NCBI GenBank assembly: GCA_964543035.1
Contig: CAZIVL010000002.1
Location: forward strand, 150,948 to 214,947
Reading direction: 5' to 3'
DNA from: an uncultured Gammaproteobacteria bacterium
Lineage (GTDB): Bacteria; Patescibacteriota; Microgenomatia; CAZETR01; Amesbacteraceae
DNA: 64,000 nt
Shown here: piece by piece, positions 1 to 9,782 of the stretch
How the letters are laid out: every line of letters begins with the position of its first letter
How positions within the stretch are numbered: position 1 is the stretch's first letter
Position numbers and translations under genes: made by a program
Notes under the pieces: generated by a model
What the model saw: only the letters and a program-made list of their open reading frames with translations
Databases searched by the model: none
Told to the model about the DNA's origin: nothing

Positions 1-957
1 TATGGAACGGCCCTGGAAGGCAATGATCTAACCATCGGGGAAGCCAAGATAATCGTGGAACAAAATGTGGAAGACCTGGCGGCGGCTACTGACGCAGGAG
101 TGGTAGCCCGAGACCGAGATGTGCAGGAAGTGATTAACTACCGAGACGTCTTAGAATACTTAGAGAGTGACAAAGTTACAAAGGGACAGAGGGGCATAGA
201 ATATACGAAAGAAATACTGTGTGAGATCCAAAGATTGGTAACTTATAGGATCGTACCAGCCGAGCAATCTGGTAAATACAGACAAACACAGGTGATACTA
301 AAAAATTCCCAAACTGGAGAGATCGGATTTCGCCCACCTAGCTTTCATGAAGTACCATTTCTCGTCGATGACTTTTTGCGGTGGCTGAACTCGGATTTTG
401 GGAAGAGGGAGCACCCGGTCCTGCGAGCAGGAATTGCCCATTATGTCCTGGCTGCCATTCACCCATTTGTAGAAGGCAACGGTAGGACAGCGAGGGCCTT
501 TGCCACACTGGTCATGCTGTCTGAAGGCTATGACATCAAGCGCTTGTTTGCTCTGGAAGAATATTTTGACAAAAACGCCTCGGATTATTTTGGCGCCCTT
601 ATGGAAGTGTCTAACCAATCGACACATCTGGAAGACCGAGACTTGACCTCATGGCTCACAGTGTTTACCCGCGCTCTGGCTATTGAGCTGACGCGAATCA
701 AAGAAAAGATCCGGGAACTGTCGGTCGATATCAAGATCAAGCAAAGAATGGGTAAACAGGTAGCGCTGTCTGAGAGGCAGATGAAGATAGTGGAGTATCT
801 GAACCAACACGGAGAGATTGCTATGGCGGGAGCCAGAAACCTGCTGTCTATGGTGTCTGAGGATACGATCCTGCGAGAACTCAAGGACCTGATGAATAAA
901 GATGTGATTGTGAAGAGGGGATCCACCAAAGCGGCGAAGTATGTGTTGAAGAAGTAG
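1..957 (+). CDS. Fic family protein with C-terminal winged helix (5' truncated by window edge)
   Basis: Fic motif HPFVEGNGRTAR; frame is open from base 1 (YGTALEGNDL, resembling the Fic N-terminal S/TxxxEG motif); C-terminal VSEDTILRELKDL HTH. Confidence 0.92.
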   Translation, partial: YGTALEGNDLTIGEAKIIVEQNVEDLAAATDAGVVARDRDVQEVINYRDVLEYLESDKVTKGQRGIEYTKEILCEIQRLVTYRIVPAEQSGKYRQTQVILKNSQTGEIGFRPPSFHEVPFLVDDFLRWLNSDFGKREHPVLRAGIAHYVLAAIHPFVEGNGRTARAFATLVMLSEGYDIKRLFALEEYFDKNASDYFGALMEVSNQSTHLEDRDLTSWLTVFTRALAIELTRIKEKIRELSVDIKIKQRMGKQVALSERQMKIVEYLNQHGEIAMAGARNLLSMVSEDTILRELKDLMNKDVIVKRGSTKAAKYVLKK

Positions 958-1118
958 GTTTGGATGATTGCTCCGTGGATTCGGCACCCGTGTTTTGATC
1001 GTCCTCGACTCGACACCGCCGGTTCTCTGCGGGCGACAAAACAGGATGCCTCCATCTACTCGCAATCGGATTTGTGATGATCTGTTGCGAAATTCTGCCC
1101 GCAAAGTACATCCAAACC
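957..1118. repeat. Structured intergenic element bounded by 10-bp inverted repeats
   Basis: GGTTTGGATG (957-966) / CATCCAAACC (1109-1118); internal stems TGTTTTG/CAAAACA, GGCACCC/GGATGCC, TCGCAA/TTGCGA. Confidence 0.5.
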
Positions 1119-1143
1119 CATTTTTCTTTGTATAATCTGAAGT

Positions 1144-2871
1144 GTGAAATTTGCAAAACTAGCTGAGTATTTGGAAAAATTGGAGGGGACGAGCTCGAGA
1201 CTCGCCATGACTGAGATACTGGCGCAGCTTTATAAAGAAGCGGATTCTGATGAAATGCGGGAAGTGGTGTATCTGTGTCAGGGAAAGCTTGGGCCCGCTT
1301 ATAAATCACCGGATTTCGGTGTCGCGGATAAGATGATGCTGCGGGCGTTGGGTGAAAAAGCTACAGAACTTTTTAAAAAATATGGTGATTTGGGACTGGT
1401 TGTGGAAAGACTAAAGACTGAAAAAACTAAGGACCAAATAAATACTAAAGGACTAAATGTAAAACAGGTGTATGACAAGCTGTGGGAGATTGCAGAAGCA
1501 GGGGGGCTTGGGAGTCAGGAGAAAAAAATAATGTTAATTTGTGAATTGGTGAATCAGTTGGATCCGGTGGGAGCTAAGTTTGCCGTCAAAATGATCTTGG
1601 GAAAACTGAGATCTGGGTTTTCGGATATGACGGTCCTGGATGGACTGTCTTGGATGCTCACTGGAGGAAAGAGTCTACGAGCCAAGATAGAGGGACTATA
1701 TGATGTGCGGGCAGATTTGGGAGAACTGGCGAAGAAGATAAAAGAAAATGGCGGAATTGATGGATTAAAAGTAGAGCCGGTAGTGGGAACACCAATACTG
1801 ATGGCAAAAGCAGAACGGGCGACTACTGCGCAAGAGATCTGGGACCGAGAAGCTCGAGCCATGGAATATAAATTGGACGGATTACGTATACAAGCTCATA
1901 TAAAACCAAAGGGATCCCTCGACTCCGCTCGGGATGACAACCGCGTTATATTGTTTAGCAGGGGGATGGAGGATGTGACGAGTATGTATCCGGATATAGT
2001 GGAGGGACTGGCCAAGCAAATCAAAAAAGACTGCATCGTGGAGGGAGAGATGATTGCTCTGGGAAAAAAGGGAGAATTTTTGCCATTTCAGGAAACCACT
2101 CAGCGAAAACGCAAATACGATATCGATGAGATGAGGGACAAAATACCTCTGACAATATTTTTGTTTGACGTGTTAGTAGTTGAGAAGAGAAATGTGATGG
2201 GGGAGAGAAATGAGGACAGGCGAAAAATGCTGGAGGAGCTGGTAACTGGGTCTGGAAACGTGAAGCTAATCACCAGGAAAACAGCGAAAAATGTCTCTGA
2301 TATCGAGGACTTTTACAAACAAGCGATCGAGGATAGAACCGAGGGAATTATGGTCAAGCGCCTCTCTGGCCCGTATAAACCAGGGAGCAGAGACTTCAAC
2401 TGGATCAAATATAAAAAAAGTTATGACAAATCTGCACTACTCGACACCATTGACGCCGTGGTCATGGGGTATGACGTGGGACAGGGGAAGAGAACGGCTT
2501 TTGGAATCGGGGATTTTCTGATTGGAGTATATGAACCCAAGAGTGAAAAATATAAGACTATTGCCAAGATTGGGACAGGACTCACTGATGAGGAGTGGAA
2601 AAGAATTAAGACAACAGTTGATCAGTATTCCAGTTTCTCAGTCATGCCAGAAAGTTATGAAGTAAGTAAAGTAATGAATTGTGATGTGTGGGTGAAGCCA
2701 AAACTGGTGGTGGAGATCCTCGCAGATGAAATAACCAAGTCACCCATGCATAGCTCGGGGCTGGCACTAAGGTTTCCCAGACTCATCTCTTTTCGCGAAA
2801 AGAAGCCTGAGGATGCGACGACGACAGATGAGCTACGGATACTGTTTGACAAGCAGAGGGGAGAGGGATAA
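1144..2871 (+). CDS. lig: ATP-dependent DNA ligase (archaeal/eukaryotic type)
   Basis: Motif I EYKLDGLR, EGEM, EGIMVK, WIKYK, LRFPR; N-terminal DNA-binding domain. Confidence 0.95.
   Translation: MKFAKLAEYLEKLEGTSSRLAMTEILAQLYKEADSDEMREVVYLCQGKLGPAYKSPDFGVADKMMLRALGEKATELFKKYGDLGLVVERLKTEKTKDQINTKGLNVKQVYDKLWEIAEAGGLGSQEKKIMLICELVNQLDPVGAKFAVKMILGKLRSGFSDMTVLDGLSWMLTGGKSLRAKIEGLYDVRADLGELAKKIKENGGIDGLKVEPVVGTPILMAKAERATTAQEIWDREARAMEYKLDGLRIQAHIKPKGSLDSARDDNRVILFSRGMEDVTSMYPDIVEGLAKQIKKDCIVEGEMIALGKKGEFLPFQETTQRKRKYDIDEMRDKIPLTIFLFDVLVVEKRNVMGERNEDRRKMLEELVTGSGNVKLITRKTAKNVSDIEDFYKQAIEDRTEGIMVKRLSGPYKPGSRDFNWIKYKKSYDKSALLDTIDAVVMGYDVGQGKRTAFGIGDFLIGVYEPKSEKYKTIAKIGTGLTDEEWKRIKTTVDQYSSFSVMPESYEVSKVMNCDVWVKPKLVVEILADEITKSPMHSSGLALRFPRLISFREKKPEDATTTDELRILFDKQRGEG
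1911..1939. repeat. REP-like palindrome (family A) in frame within ligase
   Basis: GGGATCCCTCGACTCCGCTCGGGATGACA, close match to the copy at 60537-60606. Confidence 0.8.
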
Positions 2872-2906
2872 CACCCCCCTAACTCCCTCTTACTTTAAGC
2901 GGGGGA
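2871..2906. repeat. Palindromic repeat (family B, CCCCCT...GGGGG), intergenic
   Basis: ACACCCCCCTAACTCCCTCTTACTTTAAGCGGGGGA matches the copy at 61438-61476. Confidence 0.7.
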
Positions 2907-2928
2907 AAATATATGATATATTAAATTT

Positions 2929-3246
2929 ATGGCAGCAGATAACACCAACGTAAAGTCCGCCCTGTGCTATGTGCCAGTGGCAGGAGGAATACTGAGTATC
3001 GTATTTTTGGTATTGGAATCGGACAACAAAGCTTTGAAGTGGCATGCAGTGCAATCCCTCATATTCATGTTGAGCGTGGCGGTTCTCAACTTTGCATTTG
3101 GAATGACTGGATTTCTAGCAGTTATGATCCCGGTTATTAATATCGCGGCGTTTGTAATCCAACTAGTAGTACTAGTTAAGACATATCAAGGAGAGAAACT
3201 GAATCTACCCCTCATTTCGGAGTGGACTGGTAAGCTGGTAAAATAA
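2929..3246 (+). CDS. Small 3-TM membrane protein (DUF4870-like)
   Basis: ALCYVP...KWHAVQSL...LPLI pattern; three hydrophobic segments. Confidence 0.75.
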   Translation: MAADNTNVKSALCYVPVAGGILSIVFLVLESDNKALKWHAVQSLIFMLSVAVLNFAFGMTGFLAVMIPVINIAAFVIQLVVLVKTYQGEKLNLPLISEWTGKLVK

Positions 3247-3250
3247 GATA

Positions 3251-3760
3251 GTGAAGATAATAGTTGGTTTGGGGAATCCTGGTCCTGAGTATGCTATGAC
3301 GCGGCACAATGCGGGACTCATGTTTGTGAATGCTTTTGCTGAACAATTGCACAGTGAATACGGATGGAGAAAGCACTACGGAGTAGAAATATTTAAAACC
3401 CCGGATCTGGTGCTTGTGCGAAGTCACGAAGTATTTATGAATGAATCGGGACGGCTTGTAAAGGACGTAGTTGGTCAGTTCCCCAGTTTCTCAGTTGATC
3501 AGTTATGGATTGTGCATGATGATCTGGATATACGACTTGGTGAATATAAGGTGCAAAGGGGCATTGGGCCTAAGGTTCATGGCGGAGTAAATTCTGTAGA
3601 ACAAACTCTCGGGAACAAAGACTTTTGGCGGATCAGAATCGGAATAGAAAATAGACAAGTACCTGTGCCCGGTGAGGAATATGTATTACAAAAGTTTAGT
3701 CTCGAGGAAAAAAAGACAGTGGACGAGGTGATTATGAAGGTAATCGCAGAAATAGTATGA
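3251..3760 (+). CDS. pth: Peptidyl-tRNA hydrolase
   Basis: IVGLGNPG, TRHNAG, FMNESG, HDDLD, HGG, RIRIGI, YVL motifs. Confidence 0.96.
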   Translation: MKIIVGLGNPGPEYAMTRHNAGLMFVNAFAEQLHSEYGWRKHYGVEIFKTPDLVLVRSHEVFMNESGRLVKDVVGQFPSFSVDQLWIVHDDLDIRLGEYKVQRGIGPKVHGGVNSVEQTLGNKDFWRIRIGIENRQVPVPGEEYVLQKFSLEEKKTVDEVIMKVIAEIV

Positions 3761-4038
3761 AGTCGCTCAGACAGGTGCTGGACGAGAAGAAGACTCCAGA
3801 AAAGAATAAATATATCTCTAGAGAATTTCAGGACTATGCTTATGGCCTGGCTGAGTCGCTAGGGGATAAAGAACATACTCCGATATATATGAGGCTTGCC
3901 AAGACTGTGGATAGGGCAATCCTCGAGCAGGCTCGCAGGTTTGTAGTAGACAGTAATGCTGCAAACCGGGGAGCTCTGTTTATGTGGAAGCTGAAGGAAT
4001 TGAGGGCTGCAAAAAAGAATACCAAAGAAAATGCGTAA
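3757..4038 (+). CDS. Hypothetical basic helical protein
   Basis: 93 aa ORF overlapping the pth stop (ATGA). Confidence 0.7.
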   Translation: MKSLRQVLDEKKTPEKNKYISREFQDYAYGLAESLGDKEHTPIYMRLAKTVDRAILEQARRFVVDSNAANRGALFMWKLKELRAAKKNTKENA

Positions 4039-4107
4039 TTGAAATGGATTGAAATATCTTTAAGATGTGGTAGTTTGGTAAGAAGTGTGTAAAGAACCTG
4101 CCAATAT

Positions 4108-5724
4108 ATGGGAGTAGAAGCTGGAACTAGTCATCCTGGGATTTTGAGATTTGTGGAATCTGAGGTTTTGAGGATGGCAGTACCTGGTGGACTTTCTTCT
4201 GAACTTCAGTTTATTCCAGCTGAACAGTTAAGTGGACGGGATTTGGAAGGGCGGATGCTTCGATTGGTCCGGAGAGAAGGACTGAAGGGGCATTTGGGAT
4301 TTTTTATGAGATCTAGAGGAAATGGGGGTCCGGGCCAGCCGGTCGGAGTTCCAATTGAGCTTCCAAACGATGATACAGAAAACTTTATTGGGGTATATAT
4401 TTATCACCCTGAAGATTTCAAGAATAAAGATGAAAAATATATTCAGAAACGCTTGAATGCGATGCGAGGCGTGTTGAAGAGAGCTGCGGATATGACACCC
4501 ACAGGATTTGATAGACATTTTTCTGACGGTTTTTTGGTTGTGACTAAAGAAGTGGTTGCAAATTGGAAAGAAAAGAAAAGAATGTTTCCTCTAATCTCGG
4601 AAATGGACTCCTCGTTGCATGACCCTGACCGATTGCTCGAAAGAAAACTGATTGCGGATCAGATGGGGGAGGAATTTATGAAAAGTTATATGCATGTGGT
4701 TTTGAGAGGAATCGCAATGCTTGGAGTTAGACCTTCGGAATTGGCTGACGATGAAACAAGGCCGATTCATGTAGTGGGGCAAGCCGTGAACGCTCTTTTG
4801 TATCCGTTTATACCTGAGGGATATGAACACATGCGGGAGTTTGTATCCAAAAGGGATCCAATATGTGTGTTTCCGGGAGCGACTGTAGGAGGACTGCGTT
4901 TGGATCCATGCGAAAGACCTCAACCGATGGGGGCCTATGATGCGATACATCACATGACCCATGATATTTCGACAAGACATTCAAGCGCCAATCTCCATCA
5001 TGTACTACCAAGAAAAGGGTTTATTTTGGAGGCAATTACGTATATACATCGTCAGGGATTACCGCCTGATTTTGACTCTAGGGATCTAGTAATGCTGATG
5101 TCTTATGCCAACCATGCAGAATATCTGGACGTGACCAAGCAGGATAATGCCAAGATATGGAAGGATGTTCCGGGAGTTATGAGGTTTATGGGGAGGTACG
5201 CCCCACTCATTGAAATGGCGATGAATGCTCCGAATAATATTGTGAGACTGTGCAGACCTTGTCATTATGACGCGATTCACTTTGATACAAGATACGACAT
5301 GGCTGTCGCCAAATTGCTTTATGAAATTGATAATGGAACTGTCAAGGTAAATGATGGTGGGTATGGTAGGGGGAACGTAGATGCACTAGTGCGAAGAGTA
5401 ATAAACCGGGAAGATGTGGATAAAAGAATGAAAAAGATTGAGGCTTTTAGGTGGGTTCAACTGGCAAGACTATTTGCTATAAACATGGGACGTCTGTATG
5501 TGGGGCCTAATATGGCAAGAAGACTTCACAACATTGCCGAATTTCGAACTGCTATGGCTCAAGATGAATTTTTGCGACAACAGGCTTGGGAAATTGTAGA
5601 ACGAGCCAATGGAGATGCGACCCCAGAGTTAAAGCGGCGGTTGCATAGTGTTCTAGAATCTGAGCCATATCCACAGCCAGAAAGAAGGTTGAAAATGAGG
5701 GATGACCCAGCGTCTACGGTCTAA
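4108..5724 (+). CDS. Hypothetical protein with a possible interrupted HNH/zinc-finger nuclease motif
   Basis: RDPICVFPG..C, NLHHVLP and NNIVRLCRPCH elements in HNH order but widely spaced. Confidence 0.6.
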   Translation: MGVEAGTSHPGILRFVESEVLRMAVPGGLSSELQFIPAEQLSGRDLEGRMLRLVRREGLKGHLGFFMRSRGNGGPGQPVGVPIELPNDDTENFIGVYIYHPEDFKNKDEKYIQKRLNAMRGVLKRAADMTPTGFDRHFSDGFLVVTKEVVANWKEKKRMFPLISEMDSSLHDPDRLLERKLIADQMGEEFMKSYMHVVLRGIAMLGVRPSELADDETRPIHVVGQAVNALLYPFIPEGYEHMREFVSKRDPICVFPGATVGGLRLDPCERPQPMGAYDAIHHMTHDISTRHSSANLHHVLPRKGFILEAITYIHRQGLPPDFDSRDLVMLMSYANHAEYLDVTKQDNAKIWKDVPGVMRFMGRYAPLIEMAMNAPNNIVRLCRPCHYDAIHFDTRYDMAVAKLLYEIDNGTVKVNDGGYGRGNVDALVRRVINREDVDKRMKKIEAFRWVQLARLFAINMGRLYVGPNMARRLHNIAEFRTAMAQDEFLRQQAWEIVERANGDATPELKRRLHSVLESEPYPQPERRLKMRDDPASTV

Positions 5725-5741
5725 TGTGATACGCTAAATAT

Positions 5742-6320
5742 GTGGCCGGGAAGAGAATAACTATTAAGTGGCTGAGGAAGCGAAAGATAGATGAGAAATA
5801 TATAAAGGGAATCTTGCTCGCGCTTGCGGTTGGAATGGGAGGCCTGGGGGGACAGAAGATGTATGACTATATAAATAAATCGGAATTTCCAGCTACTGGA
5901 ATCGTGAGAATAGTGGAGGATGGAGATACTTTTGAACTACAAAATGGCAAACGGGTGAGAATGGTGGGAATAAATGCGCCGGACCGGGGAGAAAAGGGAT
6001 ATGAAGAAGCCCGGGGACTATTGTCTAGCCTGATACTAAATAAAAGAGTATGGCTGGAATATGACAGATACCAAGATGATCAACATCAAAGAACACTCGC
6101 TTGGATATGGATTGCCTGTGAAGGGAATCCTAAATTTTTGGATAAAAACTATATGCACTTGAGTAAAAACCAATCTAGGGCCGGACTCACCGAAAACCCG
6201 GTGGGGTGTAAGAAGGGGAAGCTGGTGCAAGAGGAACTAGTCCGTGATGGAAAGGCCCGGGTGGAGACGTATAAAGACCGGGGGGAACTGAAGTATGAGG
6301 AGAGGATAAAAGACCTATAG
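5742..6320 (+). CDS. Thermonuclease (SNase) family protein, membrane anchored
   Basis: DGDT, VRMVGINAP, DDQHQRTLAWI, QEELVRDGKA motifs; N-terminal TM. Confidence 0.88.
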   Translation: MAGKRITIKWLRKRKIDEKYIKGILLALAVGMGGLGGQKMYDYINKSEFPATGIVRIVEDGDTFELQNGKRVRMVGINAPDRGEKGYEEARGLLSSLILNKRVWLEYDRYQDDQHQRTLAWIWIACEGNPKFLDKNYMHLSKNQSRAGLTENPVGCKKGKLVQEELVRDGKARVETYKDRGELKYEERIKDL

Positions 6321-6339
6321 CTTGGTATAATGCGCCCAT

Positions 6340-7356
6340 ATGGCGCAAATCTCTGAACTAAATAGGAAACAGTTATTGATTGAACAACATAAACTGTTGA
6401 TACCTGGCGATTTTCAGGAAGTGTTGGAGTTGATTTCTGAGCCGGATCCTAATATTGCTATAGGAATAAACCCCAAATTCATTCCACCAGTGACGTTGAA
6501 TGTAATGGTGGATAAGTCTGGGAAATATCTATTTTTGCCTGAAAGTTTGGGATATGCAGGACCTGAGGCAGAAATAATTGGGTCGGTGGCAGGTGGATGG
6601 CGGGTGATAAGAGCAGGACTAACATTGCAGGATCGAATTGTTTTTATCGATAGGGCCAAGTTGGGGAATGGGACGGCTTGGGAGCAGGGACTACAGCTAG
6701 ATGGCCCAAAGAGTGCACCAGAGTGGGCTGGGGTTGTAAGTCATCTGGCTCGGTTTGCTGTGGATGATCCAAATTATCCCAGAGGAAAAGCGCCAGCAAA
6801 AATAGTTCCAAGTGTAATTGTGCCACCACCAAGTCTTAGGCGGGCAATGGGTGAGGAATGGGGGAGTTATTCTGGAATGCCTTTGGAGTTACGAAAAATG
6901 CGAAGACATGAATTGAGCCATGTTGTTGAAATGAATTTGTTGCCTTGGCCACCTGAGAACGAGTTTGGGCCATGTGAGGGGTTGCCATCTGAGAATGGAG
7001 CAGTAGTGTTTGAGAAGATGATGGGGGAAAATGGAGCAACAATATTGGATGAAGAAGCAGTAGAAATTTGGAATGGAGTTAGGGGTAAAGGTCTCATGCC
7101 TAGGGGTTTAATTGGTGAGCTGCAAGCATATTTGGGTGATTCATTATTTTTTGCTCGTGAATTCGGATCAATAACTGGGGAGGATTTCCGAAGTTGGACC
7201 GAGAGTAGTTTGAAACAAGCTAGGGTTTTGCGAGCGATAAATGGAAATGTGAGAAATTATTTTGGAGCCGCTGTGGCACGTGATGTGATAACTCAGATTG
7301 GAGTGGAAGGAACCAGAGAATTTTTGAATGAGATATACGAGAGGATGGCAAGTTAA
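6340..7356 (+). CDS. Hypothetical protein with HExxH motif
   Basis: 338 aa ORF; RRHELSHVVE; TATAAT just upstream of ATG. Confidence 0.65.
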   Translation: MAQISELNRKQLLIEQHKLLIPGDFQEVLELISEPDPNIAIGINPKFIPPVTLNVMVDKSGKYLFLPESLGYAGPEAEIIGSVAGGWRVIRAGLTLQDRIVFIDRAKLGNGTAWEQGLQLDGPKSAPEWAGVVSHLARFAVDDPNYPRGKAPAKIVPSVIVPPPSLRRAMGEEWGSYSGMPLELRKMRRHELSHVVEMNLLPWPPENEFGPCEGLPSENGAVVFEKMMGENGATILDEEAVEIWNGVRGKGLMPRGLIGELQAYLGDSLFFAREFGSITGEDFRSWTESSLKQARVLRAINGNVRNYFGAAVARDVITQIGVEGTREFLNEIYERMAS

Positions 7357-7391
7357 GTAGTGAGAGAATGAGTTGTGATAGAATTCGCACC

Positions 7392-7763
7392 ATGTCGAAT
7401 GCAGAGCTTCACGTAGAGAGAGAAGACGTTTTACAAATTACTAGGACAGTTGTTGAATCCAATAATCCTACTAGAGTTGGATTAAATGATATAGATCTTG
7501 GGCTGGTTTGGAATATTTTGAGATCTGATCCAACAGAAGCTAGACCTGGTACTGCTAATGTGCATTGTAAGTTGCCACTTGGTAGAGAAAGAGTACCAAG
7601 TTCTCTGACGATGTATGTTGACGAAAGTAAGTCAGATCTAGCAAAAAGGACTGCAAGTTTGCCTAAGGTACAGAGATTTATTGATCGTATGACTGGAGAG
7701 ACAATTGAACGTAAAATTGAGATTGTGCCTAATGGTGGTCAGATGGCTATCGATTGGTCATAG
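7392..7763 (+). CDS. Hypothetical protein
   Basis: ORF; start moved to ATG 7392, 7 nt after TAGAAT. Confidence 0.55.
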   Translation: MSNAELHVEREDVLQITRTVVESNNPTRVGLNDIDLGLVWNILRSDPTEARPGTANVHCKLPLGRERVPSSLTMYVDESKSDLAKRTASLPKVQRFIDRMTGETIERKIEIVPNGGQMAIDWS

Positions 7764-7806
7764 CAGATTTTTTGACAAATAATTGGGGAGTGGTCATACT
7801 GAGTGG

Positions 7807-8283
7807 GTGAAGAGAAAAATCAATCTGTTTGCGACTGCACCGATTGCTGTAGTTTTGTTGATCAGGCTATTAATAATATTCTTGCGAACTGGATGGGGAG
7901 GATTTACATTTACTACTGCCTTACAGAATCTATGGATACTAGTGGGTTGGGTAGGGGGATGGTGGATATGGAACTTGGAAAGTAATGCTTGGGTGAAAAC
8001 TAATTGGCCGATTACTAAATATGCGCCGTTTCGAAACGTACTAGTCGTGACAATCGTTGCCGTCGTGGGCATCTGGGTGACGTCGTCGAGCCCTAGTATG
8101 CTGGCAACAGGCCTTGTATGGGGGATGGGGGCCAGAGCATTTTGGGAGATGTTGAAGAGCACCAACTTGTCCTCATGGTTTGCAGTATTTGCCAGAACAT
8201 TTACTGAAAAAGAGCAAAGAGCATATGTGTTTGGACTGGGAGTAGTCTTGCTAATTCAGGGCTGGCTATTAATTGGGTATTGA
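7807..8283 (+). CDS. Integral membrane hypothetical protein
   Basis: About 5 TM segments; TTGACA-17-CATACT-6-GTG. Confidence 0.7.
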   Translation: MKRKINLFATAPIAVVLLIRLLIIFLRTGWGGFTFTTALQNLWILVGWVGGWWIWNLESNAWVKTNWPITKYAPFRNVLVVTIVAVVGIWVTSSSPSMLATGLVWGMGARAFWEMLKSTNLSSWFAVFARTFTEKEQRAYVFGLGVVLLIQGWLLIGY

Positions 8284-8316
8284 CAAGCAATTTTGAATAT
8301 AGCTAATATGATACTT

Positions 8317-9774
8317 GTGAAAAAGATTTTGGGATTGGTTCTGACATTGTTTGTAGTTTTTTCGTTTGTGGGAGTAGGTCGTGCAAATGCACAATGGCAA
8401 TGTAGTGTTAATAATGGTTTCTGTAACATTGGCGGATTTTGTAGATCTTGTGATAGAAATGCGGCTTGTGAAGCAAACGGTGATGGAAAAGATTATGCGT
8501 GTTGTATGGGTGTGGGTGAGGCAACTGGAGACCCAAATAATCCATGTCAGTGTAGATTAGATGCGGCTTGTGGCGGTAATCCTCAGCCAACGGTGGTTCC
8601 TCCAACACCGACTCCTTTAGTAAATGGTTATGTAAAAGGTGGTTATAGGTTGCAGCCTGGAAATGTAGCGATCGGTGAGACTCATTTTGGATCAGATCAA
8701 AATAAAATAAGTGTGTATCTGGATGAACAGGTGCAAGACATGTTGATCCCACACAACATAACTAGTGGCGGAATTGGTGACGGTACAACTAATTACACTT
8801 CTTTGGGGATTGTGACATGGAAGCTTTTGGATGCAGTTCCTGGTGCTTGGGCTGTCAGAAGCTCTGTTCCTTCTGGATATGCTGTTGGATATACTATTTG
8901 TTACAACAATACTCAGCGCGGTTGTCATGTGGTGCCGACTGGTCAGCCGGTGCCTAATATGGGTAATAGAGTAGTTTTAGATGAACAAACTATGTTGGCT
9001 ACTAGGGTTAATGGAGTAGGAGATGGATCTGTGGAAGTATTTTGGCATTATTGTAAAAATCAAGCTCCAGGCGGACTTCGAGTCAGTCCTGAACTGGCTT
9101 GTGGTCAAACAGGTGCACAAACAGTTATGTGGGATGGTCTCGCTGGTACTGTCACTTATCAACTAAGAATTGATAATGGCGGAAATTGGACTGGAGATGT
9201 AAATGGCGACGGTCAATGTGATTTTCAAGGCCTTGGCGGAGATGGTGACTATTGCGTAGATAACATTCCGGCTACTGTGAGTCCGTCATATGTAATTGCA
9301 AGTCCTGGACTGCCCTCTGGTAAGACATATAGAATTTGGGTGCACGCTATCAATCAGTGTGGAGGGGGAACGACTGTATCAACTCAGATCAATTACGCAC
9401 GAACATGTCCAAGCCCCACAGTTCCTGTACCCAGCGCTACTGGCACCGCGGTATCTTGTCAAAACATAACTGTGTGGAAAAACGGAGTAAGACTGGTGGA
9501 ACCATATGCCGCAATCGCTTTGAACGACAGAATTGATTTTAAAGCTGCTGTGGCTTCATCTAGGTCAGTATCTAAGATTTATTACCAAGTTACGAAGGGG
9601 ACTAATAGACCACAAAGAATTGGTGTTAGCGCATTTTGTCCTGCAGGTGGTACTACTCGTAATCAGTACACTGCGACTTTGAACCTATTGCAAGATGTTT
9701 CTGGATCATATAACGTTAAATATGACGGAGTGGACTACGGTACATGTATGCCACTTGTTACTTTGGTTCCATAA
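8317..9774 (+). CDS. Secreted Cys-rich surface protein with FN3/Ig-like domain
   Basis: Signal peptide ending ANA-Q; many Cys; PTPTP linkers; LPSGKTYRIWVHAIN FN3-like signature. Confidence 0.75.
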   Translation: MKKILGLVLTLFVVFSFVGVGRANAQWQCSVNNGFCNIGGFCRSCDRNAACEANGDGKDYACCMGVGEATGDPNNPCQCRLDAACGGNPQPTVVPPTPTPLVNGYVKGGYRLQPGNVAIGETHFGSDQNKISVYLDEQVQDMLIPHNITSGGIGDGTTNYTSLGIVTWKLLDAVPGAWAVRSSVPSGYAVGYTICYNNTQRGCHVVPTGQPVPNMGNRVVLDEQTMLATRVNGVGDGSVEVFWHYCKNQAPGGLRVSPELACGQTGAQTVMWDGLAGTVTYQLRIDNGGNWTGDVNGDGQCDFQGLGGDGDYCVDNIPATVSPSYVIASPGLPSGKTYRIWVHAINQCGGGTTVSTQINYARTCPSPTVPVPSATGTAVSCQNITVWKNGVRLVEPYAAIALNDRIDFKAAVASSRSVSKIYYQVTKGTNRPQRIGVSAFCPAGGTTRNQYTATLNLLQDVSGSYNVKYDGVDYGTCMPLVTLVP

Positions 9775-9782
9775 TAAGTAAT

